This document shows, one piece after another, positions 9,944 to 18,174 of a stretch of 64,000 bases of DNA; the first letter of the stretch is position 1, and every line of letters starts with the position of its first letter. The notes beneath the pieces were generated by a model that was not told the DNA's origin, searched no databases, and saw nothing but the letters and a program-made list of their open reading frames with translations. Source of the stretch: Bacteroidota bacterium (GTDB lineage Bacteria; Bacteroidota; Ignavibacteria; SZUA-365); NCBI GenBank assembly GCA_049663345.1, contig JBATDG010000087.1, forward strand, positions 33,695-97,694, given 5' to 3'. The translations under genes and the position numbers were made by a program.

Positions 9944-10352
9944 GCGAATGCAGGACATGCAGGTGGGCGACCGCGCGTCGTTTGCCAAAACGGTGAGCGA
10001 ATCTGATGTGTACGGATTCGCCGGCATCACCGGTGACTTTAATCCGGTGCATGTCAACGCGGTGTACGCGGCGGAAAGCATGTTCGAACGCCGCATCGCG
10101 CACGGGATGCTTTATGCCAGCTTTATTTCGACCGTGCTCGGGATGCAGCTGCCCGGTCCGGGTGTGATCTATCTCTCGCAGTCGCTGCGCTTTCTCAAGC
10201 CTGTTTTTATAGGCGATACCGTGACCGCAGAAGTTGAGGTCGCCGAAATGTTTGCGGAGAAAAACCGTGTCCGCTTCCTCACTCGCTGCTTCAACCAGGA
10301 TGCACAGCTCGTGGCGGAAGGGGAATCACTGCTCATGCCCCGAAAAGATTGA
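9933..10352 (+). CDS. MaoC-like (R)-specific enoyl-CoA hydratase/dehydratase (hotdog fold)
   Basis: GITGDFNPVHVNAVYA...RIAHGM motif. The gene overlaps the ligase stop. Confidence 0.8.
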   Translation: MEGKRMQDMQVGDRASFAKTVSESDVYGFAGITGDFNPVHVNAVYAAESMFERRIAHGMLYASFISTVLGMQLPGPGVIYLSQSLRFLKPVFIGDTVTAEVEVAEMFAEKNRVRFLTRCFNQDAQLVAEGESLLMPRKD

Positions 10353-10421
10353 GCGGAATGCCGATGAAATTCTGATCTATACACTGTCATTCACACACCA
10401 CACTCACGAAGGAGTACTGTT

Positions 10422-11201
10422 ATGAAGTTCCGCCTTCTTCCGCTTGTTCTGGCAGCTGCCATGTTCGTTTTCGCCGCATGTTCGAGTGACGACGACGGCA
10501 CGCCTGTAACCCCGAGCAACAAGATCGCCGTGACCAACATCTCGCCGATCGCTGGTCCCATCGGCACCACGGTGACGATCACGGGTACCAATTTCGGCAC
10601 CGATGCTGCCGCACTCACAATTACCTTCGGCGGCGTCGCCGTCACACCGGTAACGCTCACCGATACCAAAATCACCATAACGGTTCCAGGCAGTCTTGAT
10701 GTCGGAGCGACCAGCGTCAAACTGAAGCGCGGTACCGGTGCGGAAGTGACCGTGCCCTTCACAGTGCAGGATCCGATTGTCGGTACCTGGACCTCAGAAG
10801 GCTCCAACGTTGCATTGCTGCTCTACGGAGCTCCCTTCAACGTCCGCAAGATCGTCGCGACGTTCAAGGCCGATGGCTCCTATATCGTCGTGCAGACTGA
10901 TTCGTCCCAGACCAACCTGACACTAACCGGCGTCTATGTCGTAGCTCCGGGCAACGCCGCAGCGCCTAACGACAAGATTCGCACCGTCACCGTGAATCAG
11001 GGACAGCCGACTTCGGTCACAGCCGAGGGCATTTACGAAGTCACCGTCGCCCCGGCCGGAATCACGATGAAGTATGAAATCGCACAGACAGAGCCGCCCC
11101 TCGCAGGCGTGACCAAACCGACTCCCGCACTCGGGTTCGGCAGCACGGCCGGTGGGCTTTTCGGCACGATCAACATCCAGACATACGTCAAGAACAACTA
11201 A
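10422..11201 (+). CDS. Lipoprotein with an IPT/TIG domain
   Basis: Signal peptide plus lipobox (MKFRLLPLVLAAAMFVFAAC). TIG-like segment ITPIAGPIGTTVTITGTNFG...VTPVTLTDTKITITVP. Confidence 0.65.
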   Translation: MKFRLLPLVLAAAMFVFAACSSDDDGTPVTPSNKIAVTNISPIAGPIGTTVTITGTNFGTDAAALTITFGGVAVTPVTLTDTKITITVPGSLDVGATSVKLKRGTGAEVTVPFTVQDPIVGTWTSEGSNVALLLYGAPFNVRKIVATFKADGSYIVVQTDSSQTNLTLTGVYVVAPGNAAAPNDKIRTVTVNQGQPTSVTAEGIYEVTVAPAGITMKYEIAQTEPPLAGVTKPTPALGFGSTAGGLFGTINIQTYVKNN

Positions 11202-11208
11202 TCCCTGC

Positions 11209-11240
11209 GGGGAGGGGCTTCGGCCCCTCCCATCTGTTTT
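11209..11240 (+). terminator. Rho-independent terminator
   Basis: GGGAGGGGC-TTCG-GCCCCTCCC stem followed by a T-rich run. Confidence 0.7.
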
Positions 11241-11262
11241 GTTTATGTACCGAGGTGGAACG

Positions 11263-12822
11263 ATGCTTCGCATTCTCCTGCTCCTGCTGATCGCCGCTCC
11301 CTTATATGCTCAGATGCCGGATTATCCGGTAGAGGATGACCGCGGCCGCGGCGTGCCCGACAAACCTGCACCCGAGCTGCAGTTTATCGGCTACATGTTT
11401 AACCGCTTCACAACAACCAACATTGCACCGACGAACGAACTGCTCCGCGGACAGATCATAGGCCGCCTTTTCGGCGCCAATACGACGACGACCCTGCCGC
11501 AGACTTCGGTGTACGGCGAGACGCGATTCGTGCCGCTGTTCGTTTATCGTCCCTCCATCCTTGACGGTTCCGCTGTATTCCGCGGATTGTTCAAAGTGGA
11601 TATGACTTGGGGCGATGCCAGCTATGGTGTTGGAAACAATACAGGCGGCGCGATCAGCGGCGGAACGGTGAATATTCAAACGCTCATGGCAAACATCGAA
11701 CTGCGGCCCGCAAAGGAATGGAACGTGATAGTCGGCTTGCAGCGCATTTTTGACAACGTGCGCGATCCGAATATCAATACGCTGTGGACGAATCAGACCA
11801 GCGGAAACCGCCTGATGTACTGGGGGACCCAAGGCGTCGGTGTGAGCAGTTATTCACAGCTTTCTCCTGTGACCGATCTCCGACTGGCCTATTATCAGCT
11901 CTACGAAAATCAGATTCAGTACGACGATGACGTTGTGCTCTGGATGGCGGATGCTGAAACGCAGGTTGATCCTCTTCTGGAAGTCGGTGCGAGCGCATGG
12001 TACGTCCGTGATCGCGGCGCCGGCAACGGCGGCGTCTCGGTATTGGGACAGGGTTTTAATTCATCGCTGGTTAATTACAATGGCGGAGCAAGGCTTCAGC
12101 TCGACAATCCCAGGTACACTGCCGATGTGTTCTGGCTGGGCACAAATACTTCGTGGAACCGGGAGTTCATCAACGGACGCTGGTGGGCGAGCGCCATGGC
12201 GATGGCGAATCTGGGCAGCATCGACACCGTCGCCCTCAATGGCAGTACTGGACACCGTGCGGATATTTTCGGTGTCACCGGCCACGGCTCGCTCTACTAC
12301 AAATTCGGCCAGACCCTGAATGATCGCGTCGGCGTGGAAGGACTCTACACGACAGGCGACAAGGATGGAGCTGCTGACGGAACATATTCCGGCGTCGTTA
12401 CGGGTAATACCTGGGGTTCACCGGTAGGCATCTACAGTTCACATCGCGCCTTTCTGCTTTTCCCGGATGCGCAGGTCATCAATCGCTATTACTCTGCTGT
12501 TCACGATATTTCGAACCTCGGCTACGGCACGAGCGCGCTGTTCTTCAACTATTTCAACGACCTGATTCCCAACAAACTGGGCATGAAACTCGGAGCAGCG
12601 GCTGCGCTGGCCAACGAAAAACCCGATCTCGGCGGTAATTTCATGGGCTACGAAGTGAACGCCGAATTCAAGTACAACTACGGGGTCTTCCTGAACTTCG
12701 GGCTGCACATGGCATACATGGTACCCGGCGATTTCTACGATAGTCCGTTTGTTCGCAACACCGAGCAAAAACCCGCCGATCCATGGGTGCTTTTCCTAAG
12801 CATCGCCTGGCTGATGTTCTGA
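11263..12822 (+). CDS. Putative outer-membrane beta-barrel protein (porin-like)
   Basis: Signal peptide MLRILLLLLIAAPLYAQ after a GAGGTGG ribosome-binding site. The sequence has an alternating amphipathic pattern and a C-terminal aromatic ...WLMF. The ORF start was trimmed from 11152. Confidence 0.5.
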   Translation: MLRILLLLLIAAPLYAQMPDYPVEDDRGRGVPDKPAPELQFIGYMFNRFTTTNIAPTNELLRGQIIGRLFGANTTTTLPQTSVYGETRFVPLFVYRPSILDGSAVFRGLFKVDMTWGDASYGVGNNTGGAISGGTVNIQTLMANIELRPAKEWNVIVGLQRIFDNVRDPNINTLWTNQTSGNRLMYWGTQGVGVSSYSQLSPVTDLRLAYYQLYENQIQYDDDVVLWMADAETQVDPLLEVGASAWYVRDRGAGNGGVSVLGQGFNSSLVNYNGGARLQLDNPRYTADVFWLGTNTSWNREFINGRWWASAMAMANLGSIDTVALNGSTGHRADIFGVTGHGSLYYKFGQTLNDRVGVEGLYTTGDKDGAADGTYSGVVTGNTWGSPVGIYSSHRAFLLFPDAQVINRYYSAVHDISNLGYGTSALFFNYFNDLIPNKLGMKLGAAAALANEKPDLGGNFMGYEVNAEFKYNYGVFLNFGLHMAYMVPGDFYDSPFVRNTEQKPADPWVLFLSIAWLMF

Positions 12823-12860
12823 TAATCGCCTTTGGAACTCCATCATCAATGGCACGCGCT

Positions 12861-13820
12861 ATGAAAATTTCCCTGTTCCCCATATTTCTCATCATCCTCA
12901 TGATTACTGGCTGCAGTTCCGCAAAATTCTATTACGATGCACCGCCTCTTGCCTTCGAGGACATCGACTATGGATTCCCCATGACGACGGGAACCATCAA
13001 TGGTGTGCAGATGGCCTGGTATGACAGCGGCGGCAGCGGCGCCGTCGTTGTGCTTGTGCACGGACTCGCGAGCAATGCCGGCTTCTGGCGCTACAATGTT
13101 TCCGCCTTGGTTTCCGCCGGTTTCCGTGTGATCGCCGTCGACCTTCCCGGTTACGGGAAGTCTGCAAAAGCTTACGCTACGCCCTATGGAATGGCCTTCT
13201 ACGCAAAAACGCTCGATGCCCTGCTGCAAAAGCTCTCGATTGAAAAGGCCACAATTGCCGGACATTCGATGGGCGGACAGATCGCCATGACCATGGTCCT
13301 GCAGGGGAGTGCGCGCGCAGAGCGGCTGTTACTGCTGTCGCCAGCGGGGATCGAGCGCTTCAAGGACGGCGAAGGCCGCTGGCTGAAGGACGCCGTGTCT
13401 CCCGCTTTCGTCATCAATACTCCCGAAGACCGCATACGCGCGAATCTCGCATCGAATTTCTATTGCTGGCGCGATGACCTGGAATGGATGGTGGAGGAAC
13501 GCGTGCGAATGGCGAAGGACCCCGCGTTCGAGCGGTTCGCCTACGTCGTCTCGCGCTGCGTCGCCGCTATGGTCGAGGAACCGGTTTGGCAAAGTCTGGA
13601 CAAGCTCAACGTGCCTATTCTCGTGCTCGCCGGTGAAAAGGATAATCTGATCCCTAATCCATATCTGCATGGAGGGACTACGCAGGGAGTGATGGAGAAT
13701 GGCGTCGCGCAGCTGCCTTCGGCACGGCTGCAGATGATTCCCAGTGCAGGACACATGATTCAGATCGAGAAACCCGAGCTGATCAACGAGGCTATGATTG
13801 CTTTTCTCAAGGGATCGTAA
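12861..13820 (+). CDS. Alpha/beta-hydrolase fold lipoprotein
   Basis: Lipoprotein signal MKISLFPIFLIILMITGCSS. Motifs VLVHGLASNAGFW and GHSMGG (nucleophile elbow). Confidence 0.75.
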   Translation: MKISLFPIFLIILMITGCSSAKFYYDAPPLAFEDIDYGFPMTTGTINGVQMAWYDSGGSGAVVVLVHGLASNAGFWRYNVSALVSAGFRVIAVDLPGYGKSAKAYATPYGMAFYAKTLDALLQKLSIEKATIAGHSMGGQIAMTMVLQGSARAERLLLLSPAGIERFKDGEGRWLKDAVSPAFVINTPEDRIRANLASNFYCWRDDLEWMVEERVRMAKDPAFERFAYVVSRCVAAMVEEPVWQSLDKLNVPILVLAGEKDNLIPNPYLHGGTTQGVMENGVAQLPSARLQMIPSAGHMIQIEKPELINEAMIAFLKGS

Positions 13821-13821
13821 T

Positions 13822-13862
13822 CCGGATCAACTCGTAACCCGGATCAACTCGTAACCCGGATC
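13822..13862. repeat. Short tandem repeat, about 2.4 copies of a 17-bp unit (CCGGATCAACTCGTAAC)
   Basis: Read directly from the sequence. Confidence 0.85.
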
Positions 13863-13923
13863 GGGGAGATCAGGCACTACCCGGACATGACTGCAGGTTC
13901 GGCGACAGGCGGCTATGCCTTCG

Positions 13924-14520
13924 TCAGGCTTGCGTAGAAGATTTCCAGCTTTCGGAACAGGGGAGGATGCGGCAGGCTAGCGGGGAGATGAGCAGCAAGG
14001 CGATCGTAGTGAGAATGCCGCATTGAAGCAGAACTATTGGGAGTGGGAGCGTAGAGGCGAACATTCCAAGCGGAGTGAACCAGAGCCAGTTCCAATCCGC
14101 AGGGAGATGACGGAAGGTCGCCGCGAAATACAGCAGATCGCAGGCTCCGCCCATCCAAACAAGATTTCCTGCCAGCATCGCGCGCCAGCCGGCCGCGAAC
14201 AGTACCGCAGCGCTCAGGATGACCTGAAACGTGACCTGCACAATCCGGTATGCGTTGAGGCTGACAGCATAGGCTGATCGCAGCTCAGGATGCTGCGCCA
14301 TACTGTTTGCCGCCGTCGAGTTCGTCATCACAATGAAATCATACCCGAACACGTCGTACAGACTGAACGCGGCTGCAAAAAGCAGCAGGGCGCTGATGCG
14401 TCGATGGAAGGGATTCTTGAGAAACAGCAGGGAAAACAGAGCGAACGCTCCGATGATCACCAATCCGCCTGCAGCGGTCTGTTTGAAAAGAAGGGAGAAT
14501 ATGTGTTCGCTGGAAAGCAA
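13924..14520 (-). CDS. Hypothetical integral membrane protein
   Basis: About 6 hydrophobic helices. No recognisable catalytic motif. Confidence 0.4.
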   Translation of the reverse strand: MLSSEHIFSLLFKQTAAGGLVIIGAFALFSLLFLKNPFHRRISALLLFAAAFSLYDVFGYDFIVMTNSTAANSMAQHPELRSAYAVSLNAYRIVQVTFQVILSAAVLFAAGWRAMLAGNLVWMGGACDLLYFAATFRHLPADWNWLWFTPLGMFASTLPLPIVLLQCGILTTIALLLISPLACRILPCSESWKSSTQA

Positions 14521-14523
14521 CTT

Positions 14524-15114
14524 TCAGCGATCGCGGCGAAATAGCCAGAAAGAGAACGCCCGTGTCATGAGCGGCATGACTGCATAAGTCATGAGAAGAA
14601 CCATAACCGCGGCGACGACCATGATCTGTCCCCACGAGGGAATTGCGCCAAGGAATTGGACGATAATCGGAGGAACTATGATAACGATTGGAAACAACGC
14701 CAGCCAGGTAACGAAGGCCATCTTGTAGCGCGGCGGTGGAGTGATGCCGGGGTGCTCAGGCAGGGTGAACCAGTACTCAAGCCCTGTCATGCGCTGAACA
14801 CTCATTTCTCCCGTAATCAATGGCTGAACGCGCATCACCCAGCCGCGGCGGACATCCGAGGTTTCCCATGCGATAAGATTTTCGTAAGTGTCGAAGCGAA
14901 ATACGATGACGTATTCGGGACGCGACTTGCTCGAAGGACGGATGATTCCAGCTCCGAGGTGTCCCTCGAAAGCCATCGCATCGCGCATGATTCCCTTCAG
15001 CCATTCTTCAAAATCCTGTTCCTTGCCCGGCTTGACCGTACGGCGAACGACAGTTGTGAAAGGGCCTTCTGATTTTTCCGGAGGATTGGCGATCAGGGGA
15101 TCAGTATGCTGCAT
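14524..15114 (-). CDS. ABM (antibiotic biosynthesis monooxygenase-like) domain fused to a C-terminal two-helix membrane anchor
   Basis: N-terminal ferredoxin-like ABM pattern (TTVVRRTVKPGKEQDFEEWL...YVIVFRFDTYENLIAWETS), followed by the hydrophobic segments FVTWLALFPIVIIVPPIIV and IMVVAAVMVLLMTYAVM. Confidence 0.5.
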   Translation of the reverse strand: MQHTDPLIANPPEKSEGPFTTVVRRTVKPGKEQDFEEWLKGIMRDAMAFEGHLGAGIIRPSSKSRPEYVIVFRFDTYENLIAWETSDVRRGWVMRVQPLITGEMSVQRMTGLEYWFTLPEHPGITPPPRYKMAFVTWLALFPIVIIVPPIIVQFLGAIPSWGQIMVVAAVMVLLMTYAVMPLMTRAFSFWLFRRDR

Positions 15115-15273
15115 TCTTCTTCGTCATTTAATGGAGGGCTCATTCTTGAATAACATCGTTCGGGTACGGAACAATTCCAAAACCGGGAGTGAACATCCAT
15201 TCAGCCGGTCGTGGGATAGCTCACCTGTTCCATACCAGAGGGAGAACGTCTATTCAGCCCGCGGCAGGAACGC

Positions 15274-17214
15274 TCATCGGATGACGCTCAGCATCCTTGC
15301 CTGAACTGCCTCAGCTGTGCTCAGCGTCAGAATATACACACCTGCGGGCAGGACACGTCCAGCCGCGTCGCGGCCATCCCAGGCCAGCAGTGCATGATCT
15401 TTTCCCGGTCCCTTATACACGCTGCGCAAGCTCCGGCCGAGAAGGTCGCGCACCTCTACCCGCACATTCTGCACGGGAGAAGCGTCGAACATTATCTGAA
15501 GACTGCTGCCCTGAGTGAAGGGCTGCGGCCACATCGCGGAGATCCGCAGCGCACCGGATTCCGGAGGCAGCTGACTGAGTCCCGTCGTCTCCTCCGTCTC
15601 GAGAATAAGAGCGGAGGGATATTCCGGCGTGTGATATATCTGGTTATGCGCGACAAGCGAATCGCCATCCGCATACATCACCCCGCCGTTGTTCAGATTC
15701 ACATCGAAACGCGGATAATCGGCTCCGCCGACAACGACGCGCACGCTATGTCCTTTGAGAAATGTATGCGCCAGCTCCTGCAGAGTGATTTCGACCTGAT
15801 AGATGGAATCGGGCTGCAGCAGCGCTTCACGATCGGTGCCCTCGTGGAAACGTGCACGGACGATTCCGTCGGTGAGAATCATTGATCGTCCATCCGGAAA
15901 AACGTCACACAGCCGGATACTGAAATCAGTGTCCGGCCTGTCGGAACGAATGAACAGCTGAACCTTCCCTCCGCCTGCGACCACAAGATTGTTCTCAAGA
16001 GGGTCCGTCGTAAAGAGAAGGACATCATCGCGGTTTTCCACGACATCGCGGATGTCAAGAGGTCCGGGAATGACGGTGTTGTCAAAGGGATTGAATCGCG
16101 CACCGCCATATGAAGGACTCGGGTCACGTGGGTCAGCGGAGAAGCTATCCGCAGCAATGCTGCCCCGCTCCACTTCGGTAAGAAGTTTGCCCTGATCGGA
16201 TAAATACAAAGCATGCTCGGTGCTGCCCTTCGCCGGCCAGCTGTCGCAGGATCGCCATTCATTCTCACCCATCTGATAATAGCGCATAACCGGCGTGAGC
16301 GGCCAACCGTTTTTTGCACCGTAGAGGTAGTAATCGAAGAAAGCGAAGGCGGCATCACGCGCAGTATTCACGGCATTGGGAAAGCTGAGTTCGCCCTGAT
16401 CAGCCATGTCCACAGACGAATGCAGCCACGGACCCATGATGAGCCGATGCTGCAGCCGGACTTTCTCATTGCTCTTTTCCCGCAGATCCTGAAATGCGCG
16501 GAGCACATCGTTCGGATAATGATCGAACCAGCCGCTGACCATCAGCAGAGGCACTTCGATTTCCTCGGGATAATCATTCCTGCTGGAGAGGAGCCGCCAG
16601 TAGGCATTCTCCACCGGCTGGGAGGTGACAAGACTGACGGTGATAAACCCGAGCTTCTCGAGGGTTTCGACGTGTTCGCGCCGCAGATCGCCGCCGTAAT
16701 AATAATCGGAGTATTCAGTCTTGTAATCGATGATCATGGGTGCGGCGCAGACAAGATGGGGCGGATGCTGTCTTGCAGTCTGGAATTGAATCAATCCGAG
16801 GGCGGATCCGCCGTAGGTGGCCACCTTCCCGTTGCACCATGACTGCTCAGCGATCCACTCGACGACGTCGTAGCCGTCCAGCCCTCTATCGTATCCCGCG
16901 ATCGCGGCGTCCTTGGATGCATAAAAGCCGCGCCAGTCGACGATGACGTATTGGTACCTGGAGGAATCAAGCGGGAACCCTGTTTCGCGGTACAAGCCGA
17001 AACTCAACCGGTAGAGCGACTTGTTGTACGGGGTTTGCACAAGGATCACCGGCTTGGGCCGGCTGCCGTCATTCACGTACACGTCAGCTTTCAATACATT
17101 GCCGTCGCGCACGGGAATATCGGTTTCTGCGTAGCGCAGCTGTGCGGAAAGCGGTGCTGCAGCAAAGGTGATCAGGAATGCGATCGAGAGAGCACTGTAT
17201 TTCATAGGCGCCAC
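15274..17214 (-). CDS. CocE/NonD-family (S15, X-Pro dipeptidyl-peptidase-like) hydrolase with a T9SS C-terminal sorting domain
   Basis: GGSALG nucleophile region, a long alpha/beta plus jelly-roll architecture, and a C-terminal ...VRVEVRDLLGRSL...GVYILTL Por-tail. Confidence 0.75.
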   Translation of the reverse strand: MAPMKYSALSIAFLITFAAAPLSAQLRYAETDIPVRDGNVLKADVYVNDGSRPKPVILVQTPYNKSLYRLSFGLYRETGFPLDSSRYQYVIVDWRGFYASKDAAIAGYDRGLDGYDVVEWIAEQSWCNGKVATYGGSALGLIQFQTARQHPPHLVCAAPMIIDYKTEYSDYYYGGDLRREHVETLEKLGFITVSLVTSQPVENAYWRLLSSRNDYPEEIEVPLLMVSGWFDHYPNDVLRAFQDLREKSNEKVRLQHRLIMGPWLHSSVDMADQGELSFPNAVNTARDAAFAFFDYYLYGAKNGWPLTPVMRYYQMGENEWRSCDSWPAKGSTEHALYLSDQGKLLTEVERGSIAADSFSADPRDPSPSYGGARFNPFDNTVIPGPLDIRDVVENRDDVLLFTTDPLENNLVVAGGGKVQLFIRSDRPDTDFSIRLCDVFPDGRSMILTDGIVRARFHEGTDREALLQPDSIYQVEITLQELAHTFLKGHSVRVVVGGADYPRFDVNLNNGGVMYADGDSLVAHNQIYHTPEYPSALILETEETTGLSQLPPESGALRISAMWPQPFTQGSSLQIMFDASPVQNVRVEVRDLLGRSLRSVYKGPGKDHALLAWDGRDAAGRVLPAGVYILTLSTAEAVQARMLSVIR

Positions 17215-17242
17215 CAGTATCGTTCATTTTGAGAATGTGATC

Positions 17243-17268
17243 AAAGGCCGAAGCGATTACCGGCCTTT
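17243..17268 (-). terminator. Rho-independent terminator after the lipoprotein gene
   Basis: AAAGGCCG...CGGCCTTT hairpin with flanking A and T runs. Confidence 0.55.
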
Positions 17269-17307
17269 GACAAGAATATACGCAACGAGGTTTATTTCCT
17301 TGGAGTG

Positions 17308-18174
17308 TCAGCTGGGAACAACCCGCAGGCGTCCGCCCTCTCTCAGAAACGGGTAAAAAACATAGGAAGTGCCGAGCGCGCTGATATCGGCGCCCAGGCT
17401 GTTGAGAAGCCCAATCGGAATATTTTGACCCCGGGGAAGCAGATACGGAATGACTTCGTATTCCCCGGCCCGCAGCTTGTATTTGGGAATGTTGAGGATC
17501 ATCGAACGCGTGTACGCAACAGGACCCACCGACACGTAATCGTTAACTTCAACGCCGGTGACAGTCGTGCGATAGATTTCGACTTCCCCGGTGCCGAGAT
17601 TGTGCAGCAGTACCGGACCCTCGATCGAGCCCATCATGCGCGGGTAAAACACTTCCACCGGCGGAATCGACGATCGCAGCGTCACCTCCATTGTAATTAC
17701 CCTTGGTGAGTCAGCCTCAATATTGGTAAGACTGAGACTGGTGTTGATTGAAAACATCTCCTGCAGAAAGAATTCCTCAATCATGTTGCCGGTGACGTCG
17801 ACATCCGTGCTGGGAAAAACGAAGGACCCGTTATGAACGGCCGTCTTGACCGTCTGCATTCGGTAATTGCCGAGGAAGGCATACACGCGAAATACGCCCT
17901 CGTTTCCACCCGGTGTGGTCTGCGCTTCGGGCAATGGAAGCGTCAGCGAAAAATTTCCATCGCTGTGCGAAACCGTACCAAGATTGAAGCCTTCCATCCA
18001 GATATAAGCGCCGCTGTGATCCTGGCGGTCGGACAAACGTACGACACCGTGAATCCGGCGCTTGGTGGATGCGATGGTGGGATCGCTTTCGAAAGGATTA
18101 TCCGTGCATGCTGCTGCGATCAGCAGGACAGAGAATAAGCACAAAGGAAATAGATATCTGTTGGTAGTCTTCAT
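17308..18174 (-). CDS. Hypothetical lipoprotein, co-transcribed with the TonB-dependent receptor gene (1-nt overlap)
   Basis: MKTTNRYLFPLCLFSVLLIAAAC lipobox. Confidence 0.5.
   Translation of the reverse strand: MKTTNRYLFPLCLFSVLLIAAACTDNPFESDPTIASTKRRIHGVVRLSDRQDHSGAYIWMEGFNLGTVSHSDGNFSLTLPLPEAQTTPGGNEGVFRVYAFLGNYRMQTVKTAVHNGSFVFPSTDVDVTGNMIEEFFLQEMFSINTSLSLTNIEADSPRVITMEVTLRSSIPPVEVFYPRMMGSIEGPVLLHNLGTGEVEIYRTTVTGVEVNDYVSVGPVAYTRSMILNIPKYKLRAGEYEVIPYLLPRGQNIPIGLLNSLGADISALGTSYVFYPFLREGGRLRVVPS

Noticed and set aside
12844-12858. TGGCACGCGCTATG resembling a sigma-54 -24 box
   Set aside because: It lies inside or at the translation start region of the hydrolase gene and has no -12 GC at the right spacing
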